A stretch of DNA of 64,000 bases from Pseudomonadota bacterium (GCA_043821645.1 JBDRCO010000051.1:64001-128000); one strand, 5' to 3'; shown: positions 45,660 through 56,667, numbered from the stretch's first letter. Numbers and translations: made by a program. Notes: generated by a model from the letters alone, not told the origin.

Positions 45660-48600
45660 TCAAGGCACGCAGCGCGGTCCCCTCGGGGTGCCCCTGCAAT
45701 TTCCCGCGATCCCTGCGCCCGTCGTGCAGGCCCCAACGGAAGGGTCACATCCCTCGAGCTGATCGGTGCTCATGCACGCACCCTGGCTGCTACAGACCGC
45801 CACCTCGTTGTAGCCACGATCATCGTCGCGGTAGATCGCATCGCAGGTCTGACCCACGGCACGACCACCACAGCGCGGGTCGCCCTTGAGCAGGCACAGC
45901 GCCGGCCCCTGGAGAGGCTCCCACAGCACGCCATCCGTGACACCTCGCCCATATGGCCTGCCATCGCAGGGCGCGCCGGTGGCGCGGTTTGCGGCATCCG
46001 CGAGATAGGGCGCGCAGGAATTGGCCTGACAGAGCTGACCGGCTGGACACTCGAGCCAGCTCGTGCAGCCGCGCCCCAGACCACAGACGGAGCCCTCCAC
46101 GTCGGAGATGTGGCAGCGTCCACCCGCACAATCCGCGCCCGAGAGGGAGCAGCGTTCGAGGCGCCAGGGCACGCACCCGGGCTCGCCCGTCAGTCCAGCC
46201 AGGGGCACGGGCGCGCCGTCGAGGCAGATCTCACCGGGCTGGGTCAGGTCACAGCCCACGCGCGGATAGCACAGACCGTTGCCGCCGCCATCCTCGATGC
46301 AGAGTCCACCCTCGGGGACACCGAAGTAGGCGCAGTAGGGACTGCTACGACTGCAACCGCCCGAGGACGGCGTCACGGGTTTCAGGCGGCAGGTCTTGGA
46401 GGTCACCGTGCCGACGGTGAAAGGGAGACAGCTGGAGTTGGCCGTGACCGGGTGGCACTCGGTGTCGGTGTTGCAGGTCGGCAAGCAGCCCCCCACCTGG
46501 CAGCGGCTGTCGGTGGCGCAGGTCAGCGATGGTCCGCAGCCCGGCGACAGGCCCTGCCCCGTGGGTACGCAGCTATGGTTGGTGTCCGCAATGCCTGGCC
46601 ACAACCCGGCACTGCACCGCTGCCCCGTCACCAGGCTCGCGTCCGTGGGCAAGGAGGTGCGTGACCCGCAGAACTCTCCCAGGCCGAAGAGGCCGCTCTC
46701 GCAGTCGCGAGGGATCAGTGCCGTGGGGTTGAAGGGAGCTGCAGACCCCATGCACACACAGGTCGGGCCGCAGAAACCAAGCATGCCATTGCAGGTCGCC
46801 ACGGGTTTTCCGACGGGCACCAAAGCTCTCGGCGTGCAGAAAGTGAGTCCAGTCTGCTGGACGCAGATGCCAGCCCAGTTCGTGCCGCAGGTCAGCCCCG
46901 GGGTGCTGCAGGTGACCGAGGACTGGGGCGCGCAGAAACCCTCAACGGTTCCCGACTGGATGCAAAAAGACCCCTGCTCGCAGTCCTGATTCTGGATACA
47001 CCTGTTTAGGCGCCAGCAGCGGCCTTCGAGCCACACGCCATCGCCCTGACAGGCCTCGCCATCACTGAGCCCGAACATGCACTCGATCGCGTCCGACTGT
47101 GCCGTGCAGCTTCCGTTGCCCGCGCTGTCGGGCAGGCACAGCAACCCGCAGGGGCACGCGGGGTCATTGGATGCATAGCAGGGCAGGTCCCAGGATGGGG
47201 GCTCACCCGTCGTGTCCAGGCAGCTGGCGCAGGCGCCGAGCACTGAAGCATGCCAGGGCGGACAGTTGCCCTGCACGTCCTCGCTCTCGACACAGCGGCC
47301 CGCGCGACACACGAAGCCAGAGCGGCACTCGCTGTCCTGCTGCGAGGGGCACAGCACCCGCTTGCCATAGCAGTGCGCGTTCTCCTGCCACATGCCACAG
47401 GGACATCGACTTGCAGTGGCGGACTCGCGCAGAGTCCACACCGCGTCCACCCCGTTGACCAGATCGCACTCGAGACAAGCATCACCGAGGAACCTGTCGG
47501 GACAGCCCAGCTCGGTCCCGCTCTCCGCGCACAGTCCCGCCACACAGTGCGCCGAGGGCTGACAATCGTCGTCGGTCATGCACAGCGGCGGCCCCCCTCC
47601 CCGCACGAAGCAGCGCTTGTCACCACTGTCGCAGCTGGCGCCTTGCGGGCAGTCGGCGTTGTCCTGGCAGGAGATGGACAGATTCATCACGGCCTCGGGG
47701 CCCAGGCAGGCTCCGTGGTAGGGGGGTAAAGAACAGGTGCCGGCGGTGTGCTTGGGCACGCAGGCGTTGGCAACGCAGACGCAGCCGTTCGGGCCGCTGC
47801 AATTCGCCGTGGTGCACTCACCATCGTCGACGCAGAACGGTGACGGGATGTCCCTGCCCTTGCTGGGCACGCAGAGCAGAGTCCCCCCGGTACAGATGGG
47901 CGAGCTGACGACCTGGGTATTGCTCGGACAGGACGTTGCGCAGAACTGGTTGGGGCTGCCACAGGTCCCGCCCACGCAGTAGTGCGTGGATGGGCACTCC
48001 AGGCTGGTGCGACAGGGCCAGTCCGGGCAGCCGCCCATCGGCCCCGGAACTGTCGGGCACTGGTCCACGCCCGAAAAATAGCCGTCCCCGTCGCCATCGT
48101 TAATGCCGGTGCGGATCAGGCAGTTGTTGTTGGGATCGAGGTCGGGCCTGAAGCAACTTGTTCCCTGGCTTGTGCTGTAGGGTCCGGAGACCGAACAGAA
48201 ACCAGGCTCAGCCGGGTGCCCGACCGGGAAGTCGCAGGCGGGGTTGGCTCCTGGTGGAATGGCAAACCTGCAGTCGTTCTCGGACTGACAGCGCGGCAAG
48301 CACAGCGTCGGGCCGCCCGGACCTGTCACCGGATACAGCCCACCGCCGCAGACCGTCGAGCCGCCATCTATTGCCGTGACGATGCTGGCCTCGCCAAGCG
48401 CCTGCCACATCAGGGCCTCAGGCGCGAGCAGACAGAACTGGCTGTCGTCGTAAAACCTCGTGCAGACCAGCGGGCCACCACAGTCCTGCGGACCTGTGCA
48501 ACTGATCCCAACAAACGCGGAGGGGATGAAGGTGAGCACTCCGGACACGGCAGGGTCGGGGTGGCTGCACACAGGCCCCACTTCTCCTGGCAGGGGGTCC

Positions 48601-49586
48601 GCGGGGAGGGTCAACCCGGCACCGCAGCGGGCCACGCAGATGCCCTGGTTGCTGCTGCTCAAGCTGCCATCGAAGCCCATGCCAAGGCAGAGGAAATCTG
48701 ACGCACAGGGAACATTCGGTCCGCAGCCTTGCAGACACCAACCCGTGGCGCCCTCGAAGGGAACGAAGCACTCGAGGCCATCACCGCACCAGCTCTGACC
48801 TCCAGGCTCGGGCACGCAGGTGCTGTAGGGGCCACCGCGGCGGTGAACACAGTTGAAGGTGCTCGTGTCGCAGGTCAGCAGGGCATGCTCGCAGGTGGCG
48901 TCCGATGTGCAGCTCTCCGGTGCGCAGAGCCCAGACCAGGTGCTCGAAGGATTGGCCTTGACGCACACGAAGTCGGGGGACACGCAGTCCGTGTTCTGGT
49001 CACAGAGCACGGGTCGACAGAAATCCGTGATGCAGCGAAACCCCGCCGGGCAATCTTGACCCGAACCGCAGCTCGTGGCGCCGGCGGAATCCCAGCCACC
49101 CGCACTGTCGGAGACTGCACCATCCGTCGACGAAACCGTGTCCTGAGATGTCCTGTCCAGGCTACCCGAGTCGGTGACAACCAGGACGTCCGTGCCCGAG
49201 GTGTCCGTGCCTGTTGTATCTGTGTTCACCAGATCCCGGCTCATGGCGTCGGTGCCGGCCCTGTCCACGCTGGCCAGATCGTTCACCCCAGCATCGCGAC
49301 CGCCGGTGTCGACGGAAGTCAGGTCCGTGGTCGCAGCATCCGAGGCGCCCTTGAGCTGGCAGCGACCCGCGACGCAGAGGTCGAACGGAGCCGCACAATC
49401 ATCCGAGGTCGTGCATCCGCTGCCCTGGCAGGTGCCGTCGACGCATTCGAGCCCCGGGGCATCGCACTGTTCGTCCGAGCTGCAGCTCTGGCCGTAGTAC
49501 TCGTAGGGATTGTTGAACGGGCAGGCCGTGAGCAGCAAAATCCAGCCCAGGGTCACCGGGATCGCGGATCGCGTCGTCATGCTCAT
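45660..49586 (-). CDS. Large Cys-rich repeat surface lipoprotein
   Basis: ATG 49586 after GAGGAG; lipobox LTAC; many C..D.DC....C..G.C units; D/T/S-rich linker; one TSP3-like DGDGDG...DQCP motif. Confidence 0.85.
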   Translation of the reverse strand: MSMTTRSAIPVTLGWILLLTACPFNNPYEYYGQSCSSDEQCDAPGLECVDGTCQGSGCTTSDDCAAPFDLCVAGRCQLKGASDAATTDLTSVDTGGRDAGVNDLASVDRAGTDAMSRDLVNTDTTGTDTSGTDVLVVTDSGSLDRTSQDTVSSTDGAVSDSAGGWDSAGATSCGSGQDCPAGFRCITDFCRPVLCDQNTDCVSPDFVCVKANPSSTWSGLCAPESCTSDATCEHALLTCDTSTFNCVHRRGGPYSTCVPEPGGQSWCGDGLECFVPFEGATGWCLQGCGPNVPCASDFLCLGMGFDGSLSSSNQGICVARCGAGLTLPADPLPGEVGPVCSHPDPAVSGVLTFIPSAFVGISCTGPQDCGGPLVCTRFYDDSQFCLLAPEALMWQALGEASIVTAIDGGSTVCGGGLYPVTGPGGPTLCLPRCQSENDCRFAIPPGANPACDFPVGHPAEPGFCSVSGPYSTSQGTSCFRPDLDPNNNCLIRTGINDGDGDGYFSGVDQCPTVPGPMGGCPDWPCRTSLECPSTHYCVGGTCGSPNQFCATSCPSNTQVVSSPICTGGTLLCVPSKGRDIPSPFCVDDGECTTANCSGPNGCVCVANACVPKHTAGTCSLPPYHGACLGPEAVMNLSISCQDNADCPQGASCDSGDKRCFVRGGGPPLCMTDDDCQPSAHCVAGLCAESGTELGCPDRFLGDACLECDLVNGVDAVWTLRESATASRCPCGMWQENAHCYGKRVLCPSQQDSECRSGFVCRAGRCVESEDVQGNCPPWHASVLGACASCLDTTGEPPSWDLPCYASNDPACPCGLLCLPDSAGNGSCTAQSDAIECMFGLSDGEACQGDGVWLEGRCWRLNRCIQNQDCEQGSFCIQSGTVEGFCAPQSSVTCSTPGLTCGTNWAGICVQQTGLTFCTPRALVPVGKPVATCNGMLGFCGPTCVCMGSAAPFNPTALIPRDCESGLFGLGEFCGSRTSLPTDASLVTGQRCSAGLWPGIADTNHSCVPTGQGLSPGCGPSLTCATDSRCQVGGCLPTCNTDTECHPVTANSSCLPFTVGTVTSKTCRLKPVTPSSGGCSRSSPYCAYFGVPEGGLCIEDGGGNGLCYPRVGCDLTQPGEICLDGAPVPLAGLTGEPGCVPWRLERCSLSGADCAGGRCHISDVEGSVCGLGRGCTSWLECPAGQLCQANSCAPYLADAANRATGAPCDGRPYGRGVTDGVLWEPLQGPALCLLKGDPRCGGRAVGQTCDAIYRDDDRGYNEVAVCSSQGACMSTDQLEGCDPSVGACTTGAGIAGNCRGTPRGPRCVP

Positions 49587-49756
49587 GACTTGCTCCTCAT
49601 GCACGGATCTCACTGCGGTCGTGGTGGAGTCCCCCGACGACCACGAAGGATAGCACCTTGGTCCGGCGGCACAACGCCCCTGTCCCTTGTCCACGCCGGG
49701 ACCCCGCGCTATGGTCCGCCGCCATGTCCATTGCGCTTTCTCCGTCGAGGTGAGCC

Positions 49757-51061
49757 ATGCGTGTTGCAGTCATCGGATCGGGTTACGTGGGCTTGGTGAC
49801 AGGTGCCGGGCTGGCCCACTCGGGCAACGACGTCGTCTGCATCGACAAGGACCCGGACAAGGTCGCGACCCTCGAGCGCGGCGAGATCCCCTTTTACGAG
49901 CCTGGTCTGGCCGAGCTGGTGGCGGGCGTGCGTCGCGAGGGCCACCTGCGTTTCACCACCTCGATCGCCGAGGGCATGCGGGATGCGCAGATCGTGTTCC
50001 TGGCGGTGGGAACCCCTCCCAACGAGGACGGCTCTGCGGATGTGAGCCACGTGCTCGAGGCCGCCCGCGACGTCGGACGAGCGCTCACGGGCTTCGTCGT
50101 CGTCGTCACCAAGAGCACGGTCCCGGTGGGAACGGCGGTCCAGGTGCGCCAGGCCATCACCGAGATCACGACCCAGCCCTTTGCCGTGGCCAGCAATCCC
50201 GAGTTCCTCAAGGAGGGTGATGCGGTCAACGATTTCCTGAAGCCGGCGCGCATCGTCATCGGCACCGACGACCCGCAGGCGCGCGAACGGCTCGAGGAGC
50301 TGTACTCGCCCTACATCATCCGCGAGCACAAGGTCGCCTTCATGGACATCGCCTCGGCCGAACTGACCAAGTACGCAGCCAACGCGCTGCTAGCGACCAA
50401 GATCTCCTTCATCAATGAGATCGCAACCCTGTGCGAGATGGTCGGCGCCGACGTCGAGGCCGTGCGTCGAGCGGTGGGCGCGGATCCGCGAATCGGTCCC
50501 GCCTTCATCTATCCTGGAATTGGCTACGGCGGCTCGTGTTTCCCCAAGGACGTCAAGGCCATCGTCGCCACGGCCCGCGCGCACGGGTATCGCTTCGCCA
50601 TCGCCGAGGCGGTCGAGGCGGTCAACCAGCGCCAGCGCGGACTGCTGCTGGAGAAGATCGTGAAGCACTTCGGCGGCCGCCCCGAAGGTAAGACCATCGC
50701 CATCTGGGGTCTGGCCTTCAAGCCGCGCACGGACGATGTGCGCGAGGCTCCTGCTCTCACCTTGATCCAGGGCCTGCTCGCCCAGGGCGCCACCATCCGG
50801 GCCTACGACCCGGCGGCCATGCAGACCGCTCGCGCCGCGTTGGGGGACAGGCCGGTGCACTATGCCAGCACGGCCCTCGAGGCCGCCGAGGGCGCGGACG
50901 CGCTGTGCCTGTGTACCGAGTGGTCGACCTTCCGCCAGCCGGATTTCGAGCGCCTGCGATCCGTGATGCGGGAACCCACGATCTTCGACGGACGCAACAT
51001 CTACGATCTGGCACGGCTGCGCAGGCAAGGCTTCACGATCTACGGCGTGGGGCGCACCTGA
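49757..51061 (+). CDS. ugd: UDP-glucose 6-dehydrogenase
   Basis: GSGYVG, KSTVPVG, NPEFLKEG, AELTKYAAN, GGSCFPKD, GLAFKP.TDD.RE. Confidence 0.96.
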   Translation: MRVAVIGSGYVGLVTGAGLAHSGNDVVCIDKDPDKVATLERGEIPFYEPGLAELVAGVRREGHLRFTTSIAEGMRDAQIVFLAVGTPPNEDGSADVSHVLEAARDVGRALTGFVVVVTKSTVPVGTAVQVRQAITEITTQPFAVASNPEFLKEGDAVNDFLKPARIVIGTDDPQARERLEELYSPYIIREHKVAFMDIASAELTKYAANALLATKISFINEIATLCEMVGADVEAVRRAVGADPRIGPAFIYPGIGYGGSCFPKDVKAIVATARAHGYRFAIAEAVEAVNQRQRGLLLEKIVKHFGGRPEGKTIAIWGLAFKPRTDDVREAPALTLIQGLLAQGATIRAYDPAAMQTARAALGDRPVHYASTALEAAEGADALCLCTEWSTFRQPDFERLRSVMREPTIFDGRNIYDLARLRRQGFTIYGVGRT

Positions 51062-52263
51062 TCCAGTGCCGGATCGACCCGCAACACGCGATTTCGGCCG
51101 GTCTCCTTGGCGCGGTAGAGGGCAGCGTCCGCCAGCTTGATCAGGCTCGCGGCGTCGCCAGCGTCGGCCGGAAAGCTCGCCACACCTCCTGACACGGATA
51201 CGCACCCCAGAGGTTGCTGTGCGGCGTGGGCAATGGGCGCAGCGGCGATGGCCTGGCGGATGCGGTCCGCATGAAAGAAGGCCTGCTGCCCGTCGGCGCC
51301 CAGCAGGATGACCAGGAACTCCTCACCGCCATAGCGACAGACCACGTCGGAGCCTCGGGTCACCTGGCGGGCCAGATGGGCTACAGCCTGCAAGCAACCA
51401 TCACCAGGCTGGTGCCCGTTGGTGTCGTTGTAATGCTTGAAGTTGTCGACGTCGAAAAGGAAGACGCTCACCGCCATTCCGTAGGACTGGGCGCGCGCCA
51501 GCTCGTCGGGGAGCCGTCTATCCAGGTGCCGGCGGTTGTACAGCCCGGTGAGCTGGTCGAGGTCCGCCTTGAGGCGCTCGTCATCGAGGGCGCGTACACC
51601 TTCGGCGCTGACGGCGTGCACGTCGGCGATCATCTGCACCACGCGCCGGATCAGCTGGTCATCCTGCTTCGTGTCATCGAGCACGGCGAAGGCATAGGTA
51701 TCCTCGTGGCGCCGCATGGCCACGGTGAGATCCGCCCGGAAAAGCTCATCAGCAAAACCCACCGGCAAGGTCCCGGGGTCGAGATCTCGCGCGGAACGCA
51801 CGCCTATCCACTTCGACAGGGATCCGAGCCGACCCTCCCCTGGCACAAAGGCCACATCCTGCGTCGGCCGCACCCCGCCACCATAGACCTCGAGCACGAA
51901 GCGCCCACTGCTGCGCTCGGGCACGAACAGACCGATACGGGACGCGCCGCAGTATTCCATGAGCGCGCGCGCGGTGGTGCGACACAGCTCGGTGTTCGAG
52001 CGTGCAGCCCCGATCTTGTTCACGGTCTCGGGCAGGTTGAGCAGGAGCTCGAGCATCCGGTGATGCTTCTTCTCCGAATCTGAGAGATCCCGGTGTAATC
52101 GCTGGGCCCGCTGCCGAGCGTCGTCGAGTTCCTGGCTGGTCTCGCGACGGACTCCCCGGCTGGCCTTGCTCGCTCCTCGCCACTTCCCCAGCAGGTAGCC
52201 AAGCACCGCCGCTGCACAGGACGCACCGACCAGCTTGATCACAGGCAGCCACTCAGCCGGCAT
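51040..52263 (-). CDS. Membrane-anchored diguanylate cyclase (GAF-like + GGEEF)
   Basis: N-terminal TM, coiled coil, DQLTGLYNRR, DVDNFK.YND..GH..GD, RGSD I-site, RYGGEEF. Confidence 0.92.
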   Translation of the reverse strand: MPAEWLPVIKLVGASCAAAVLGYLLGKWRGASKASRGVRRETSQELDDARQRAQRLHRDLSDSEKKHHRMLELLLNLPETVNKIGAARSNTELCRTTARALMEYCGASRIGLFVPERSSGRFVLEVYGGGVRPTQDVAFVPGEGRLGSLSKWIGVRSARDLDPGTLPVGFADELFRADLTVAMRRHEDTYAFAVLDDTKQDDQLIRRVVQMIADVHAVSAEGVRALDDERLKADLDQLTGLYNRRHLDRRLPDELARAQSYGMAVSVFLFDVDNFKHYNDTNGHQPGDGCLQAVAHLARQVTRGSDVVCRYGGEEFLVILLGADGQQAFFHADRIRQAIAAAPIAHAAQQPLGCVSVSGGVASFPADAGDAASLIKLADAALYRAKETGRNRVLRVDPALDQVRPTP

Positions 52264-52364
52264 GACCCTCCCTCATTGCCTGACCCCATGCATTCTTGCA
52301 GCATAGCGGATCCTTGAGCCGCGGACCATGCACCGGTACAGTCCCCTGCCTGGAGGCATCTGCC

Positions 52365-53291
52365 ATGCGCATCCTGGTCACCGGCGGCGCCGGGTTCATC
52401 GGATCTCACCTCTGCGAGCGCCTGCTCCGCGACGGTCACGAGGTCCTGTGCTGCGACAACTTCTTCACCGGACGCCGCCAGAACGTGGCGCCGCTGCTCA
52501 CGAACGCGCGCTTCGAGTTGCTCCGTCACGACGTCACCCAGCCCTTGCTGGTCGAGGTTGATGCAATCTACAACCTGGCCTGCCCGGCCTCGCCGGTGCA
52601 CTACCAACTCAACCCAGTCAAGACCATCAAGACCAACGTCTTGGGAGCACTGCATATGCTGGGGCTGGCCAAGCGTGTGCGGGCGCGTGTGCTGCAGGCC
52701 TCGACCAGCGAGGTTTATGGCGACCCACAGGTGCATCCCCAGCGCGAGGACTACTGGGGCCACGTCAACCCCGTCGGTGTGCGCTCGTGTTACGACGAAG
52801 GCAAGCGTGTCGCCGAGACACTCATGTTCGACTACCACCGCCAGAGCGGTGTCGACATCCGGGTGGTCCGCATCTTCAACACCTACGGTCCACGGATGTT
52901 GCCCGACGACGGGCGGGTGGTCAGCAACTTCATCGTGCAGGCCCTGCGCGGTGAGGATCTGACCATCTTTGGTGACGGCAGCCAGACGCGCAGTTTCTGC
53001 TTCGTCGACGACCTGGTCGACGGCCTGGTGCGGATGATGGAGCAGGATCAGGTGGTGGGACCGGTCAACCTGGGCAACCCCGCCGAGCTTCGGGTCCTGG
53101 ACCTGGCACACAAGGTCATCGAGCTGACCGGCACCAGCGCGGACATCCGGTTCTTGCCTCTGCCCGCGGACGATCCCGTGCGCCGCAAGCCCGACATCAG
53201 CCTGGCCCAGAAGTTCCTGCGCTGGACGCCCGAGGTGCAGCTCGAAGAGGGCCTGCCTCGCACCGTCGACTACTTCCGCTCCCAGGTGTGA
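52365..53291 (+). CDS. uxs: UDP-glucuronate decarboxylase (UDP-xylose synthase)
   Basis: ATG 52365 after [54 protein letters not shown]...DGRVVSNF. Confidence 0.95.
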   Translation: MRILVTGGAGFIGSHLCERLLRDGHEVLCCDNFFTGRRQNVAPLLTNARFELLRHDVTQPLLVEVDAIYNLACPASPVHYQLNPVKTIKTNVLGALHMLGLAKRVRARVLQASTSEVYGDPQVHPQREDYWGHVNPVGVRSCYDEGKRVAETLMFDYHRQSGVDIRVVRIFNTYGPRMLPDDGRVVSNFIVQALRGEDLTIFGDGSQTRSFCFVDDLVDGLVRMMEQDQVVGPVNLGNPAELRVLDLAHKVIELTGTSADIRFLPLPADDPVRRKPDISLAQKFLRWTPEVQLEEGLPRTVDYFRSQV

Positions 53292-53298
53292 CGCCGGA

Positions 53299-53865
53299 TC
53301 AAGGTGCGTGCTGCAGATTCTCGCCGTCGAGTCTGTAGTGGATGGCACAGGGGCCGCAGATCAGATCGTCATCCAGGCGGCGACCACACTCGCAGACCCA
53401 GGCGATGCGACGCGCGGGAGTCCCGACCACCAGTGCGTGGGCGGACACGCTGCGCGTCACCACGGCGCCGGCGCCGACGAAGGCCCAGGCGCCCACCTGC
53501 ACACCGGCCAGCAGCGTCGCATTGGCACCGATGGTGGCACCCTGTCCGACGGTGATGGCCGCAGCAGAAGCGCGGCGACCGGGGTTGGCGCGTGGTACCT
53601 CGACGTTGGTGAAGACCGCCGAGGGGCCCACGAACACCCTGTCGTCGAGATCCACGCCGTCATAGAGCGAGACGTTGTTGCAGACGGTGACACCGTCGCC
53701 GAGCCGCACATGGGGCGCGACGTAGACATTTTGCCCCAGCGTGCAGTGCATGCCGATGCGCGCGCCCGACGCCACGTGGGAGAAGTGCCACACCTTGGTG
53801 CCTGCGCCAACGTCGGCACCATGGTCCACCACGGCTGTCTCGTGCACGAACACGCTGATCGACAT
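53299..53865 (-). CDS. Hexapeptide-repeat sugar N-acetyltransferase (WbpD-like)
   Basis: GTKVWHFSHV, LGQNV, NNVSLYDGV, GPSAVFTN, GANAT, GTPAR...WVCECG. Confidence 0.9.
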   Translation of the reverse strand: MSISVFVHETAVVDHGADVGAGTKVWHFSHVASGARIGMHCTLGQNVYVAPHVRLGDGVTVCNNVSLYDGVDLDDRVFVGPSAVFTNVEVPRANPGRRASAAAITVGQGATIGANATLLAGVQVGAWAFVGAGAVVTRSVSAHALVVGTPARRIAWVCECGRRLDDDLICGPCAIHYRLDGENLQHAP

Positions 53866-54013
53866 ACTCTCCTCCGCGCGTCACGGGTTGTCCTCGCGCG
53901 AACTGGCACCGTTTGATCTTCACCGTAACATCGCGTGAAATGGAGCCACAACCCGTGCGACGGGCGAGGTCTGTCAAGCCTGGCAAGCCACCGATGGGAT
54001 GAGGACTGTACCC

Positions 54014-56551
54014 ATGCCGAGCGAACGCCCACGCGGGGCCTGGCTGAATCCGCTGGCCGACGGGGCCCTGTTTGCCGCGTGTGTGTGTGCACCGCTCGCC
54101 GTCGGTGGAGTCTACCTGTGGTCGCAGGAACTGCTGTTGATGCTGGTCGGCGTGGCCCTCGTGGCCAGCATGCTCAACCAGAGGCGACGCGGCCATCGTA
54201 TCAGCGTGCCTCTGCTGGCGGCTCTGCCGGCGAGCTTCGTGGTGCTGTGCGCGCTGCAACTGCTGCCGCTGCCACCGGCGATGCTGCGAGTCCTGTCACC
54301 GACCGGCTACGAGATGCTGGACACCACGCTGACGCCTCTGGGCGCCCTGGGCTGGCATAGCGTATCCCTGGATCCACCAGCCACGGCCCTTGAGCTCGGC
54401 AAGGCCCTGCTCTACCTGTTGCTCGTGGTGGCCGCCTGCGTGCGCGGGCGCGAGCCCCACGGTGGACGCATGCTTCTGGCTGCGGTGGCCTGGAGCGGGG
54501 TGGCGACCCTGATGCTGGCGGCGGTGCACACGCTGGGCAACATGTCGCGGCCCTACGGGATGTTTGGCGGCCCCAGCAACAGCTTCTTGACCACGCCCTT
54601 CGTCAATCCCAATCACGCCGCGGGATTCTTTGGCATCGCCACCTTTGCAGCGGCGGGCCTCGCGCTGTCGCAACGCGATCGTGCGCGCACCGGACTGTGG
54701 AGTCTGGCGGCGATCCTGCTCGCCGCGGCCGTGCCCCTGACCCTCTCCCGCGGTGGCATCCTGGCGCTGGTGGCGACGTTGCTGTTCGGAGCCTGGCTGG
54801 TGTATGCGCGGACGCGCAGTGAGCGTGCAACCCTGTGGTGGGTCCACCTGGGTGTGGGTCTGGCCATCGCGGTGGCCGCCTACCTCGCCTACCAGCCCAT
54901 CGCTGCCGAACTCGCCACCCTCGACCCCGGCGACCTTCAGGGCGACAAGCGCTTCCTGTGGCGCGAGGCCCTGGCCATGGTGCCGTCCTTCGCCGGCACC
55001 GGCACCGGTCGCGGGGCTTTTGCCCGGGTCTTCCCGGCCTTCAAATCCAACGCCTACACAGCCTCGTTCGAGTTCGCCGAGAGTGCACCGATCCAGTGGC
55101 TGGCCGATTTCGGAATGGTCGCCGGTGGCGCGCTGCTGCTGGCCGTGGCCCTCGCCTTTGCGCTGGCCGTGCGCCGGGCCTGGCAGCGTCGACGAGCGGC
55201 AGCGCTGGCGGCCCTGTTCTTCGCGCTGGTGCACAACCTCGTGGATTTCAACCTTGAGATCCCCGGCGTGGCCATCCCCTTGCTACTGGTGGCGGTGATG
55301 CTCAGCGACAGGCGTCGCGACGAGGCCGCAGCGCCGCGTCCGATTCGGCTGGGCGTGCCGGTGCCCCTCGCCCTGGGCACGGGTCTCGTCCTGATCGCTC
55401 TGGCCACGATGAGCCTGCGCCACGGACACCTCAACGACGGGCGTGTCCTCGATGGACAGATCGCCGCCACCAGGGATCCAGCCAGGCTCGGGGCGCTCGC
55501 CGCCCGGGGGTTGCGCCAGCATCCCACGGACTACCTGTATGCCCTGACCATGGCCCGGGCGCACCTCGCCGGCGGGCCCGAGGACAGGGAGCGCGGCCTG
55601 CGCTGGCTCAACCGCTCGCTGCGTCTGAACCCAACCCACGGACTGACCCACCGCTTGATCGCGCGCACGCTGTGGGTCCAGGGCGTGCGCTTGCAGGCCC
55701 TCGAGAGCTGGCGCCGCGCCGTCGCGCTGCAACCTGCGCAGAAGAATGCCATCCTCGGCGAGCTGCTCAAGCTGGATGCGCAGTACCCCGAACTGGCAAG
55801 CGGGCTCCCGGCCGTGGACGCCATGGCGCTGTGCACGGGCCTGCGCGCCCGGCAGCGCCGCGACGAGGCCTGGGCCTGCCTGCTCGATCACCTGGAGCGG
55901 AACCCCCAGGACGCCGATGCCCTTGCGGTTGGCACCGGCTGGGCGGTGGCGGAGGGGGACACGCCGCGGGGTGATGGGCTCGTGCAACGCCTGCTCGACT
56001 CCGCGCCACGCGATGCACGCGGACCTCTGTATCGCGGACAGATCCTGCTGCGGCAGGGCCAGGCCGCCGAGGCCATCGCGACCTGGGAGCAGGCGCTCGA
56101 CCAGGTGGATGAACCCGCTCCCCTGCTGCACGCACTGTTCGAGCGTGCGCTGCGCGATCGGCGCTTCGTCGAGGCCCGCGAGTGCCTCGACAGGTTGCGA
56201 CGGCATGGAAGCCCGAGTCCCGGCACCGCGGCCCAGCACCACCACCTCGCGGGCCGCCTGTACCTGGCCCAGGATCTGCCAGCACGAGCGCTGCGCGAAT
56301 TCGAGACCGCCCTTGCGCTGTCCACGGCCTCGGCAAGCTACCTGCAGGCGGTGGCCGATACCGAGCAGAAGCTGGGCCGCCTGGATCGCGCCCTCGAGCA
56401 CTACCAGACGCTGCGGCGCCAGCACCCCAACCTGGCCTGGGTGGACCAGCGCATTCGCGCTATCGAGGAACTGCGGGCCAAGCGCGAGACTGCAGCACGC
56501 TGGCAACAGGTCCGGGAGCCGGACGCCGGAGCCGCGGAACGCACACCTTGA
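54014..56551 (+). CDS. O-antigen ligase/oligosaccharyltransferase (Wzy_C) family membrane protein with C-terminal TPRs
   Basis: ATG 54014 after GAGGA; multiple TMs; FVNPNHAAG, TLSRGG, GTGRGAF, HNLVDFNL; TPR tail. Confidence 0.88.
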   Translation: MPSERPRGAWLNPLADGALFAACVCAPLAVGGVYLWSQELLLMLVGVALVASMLNQRRRGHRISVPLLAALPASFVVLCALQLLPLPPAMLRVLSPTGYEMLDTTLTPLGALGWHSVSLDPPATALELGKALLYLLLVVAACVRGREPHGGRMLLAAVAWSGVATLMLAAVHTLGNMSRPYGMFGGPSNSFLTTPFVNPNHAAGFFGIATFAAAGLALSQRDRARTGLWSLAAILLAAAVPLTLSRGGILALVATLLFGAWLVYARTRSERATLWWVHLGVGLAIAVAAYLAYQPIAAELATLDPGDLQGDKRFLWREALAMVPSFAGTGTGRGAFARVFPAFKSNAYTASFEFAESAPIQWLADFGMVAGGALLLAVALAFALAVRRAWQRRRAAALAALFFALVHNLVDFNLEIPGVAIPLLLVAVMLSDRRRDEAAAPRPIRLGVPVPLALGTGLVLIALATMSLRHGHLNDGRVLDGQIAATRDPARLGALAARGLRQHPTDYLYALTMARAHLAGGPEDRERGLRWLNRSLRLNPTHGLTHRLIARTLWVQGVRLQALESWRRAVALQPAQKNAILGELLKLDAQYPELASGLPAVDAMALCTGLRARQRRDEAWACLLDHLERNPQDADALAVGTGWAVAEGDTPRGDGLVQRLLDSAPRDARGPLYRGQILLRQGQAAEAIATWEQALDQVDEPAPLLHALFERALRDRRFVEARECLDRLRRHGSPSPGTAAQHHHLAGRLYLAQDLPARALREFETALALSTASASYLQAVADTEQKLGRLDRALEHYQTLRRQHPNLAWVDQRIRAIEELRAKRETAARWQQVREPDAGAAERTP

Positions 56552-56667
56552 TCCTCGGACCAGGACACTGCTGTTCTTGACTTCAGGTCGGCCTGCTCGA
56601 ACAATCAGGCCGTCGGGGGCAGCCGGGCTCAAACGGATGGGACCGCAGCCGGCCGTCGAGGGCAGAC

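Noticed and set aside
45660-49586. Multiheme cytochrome interpretation of the Cys-rich protein
   Set aside because: No CxxCH motifs seen; Cys spacing fits disulfide-bonded repeats.
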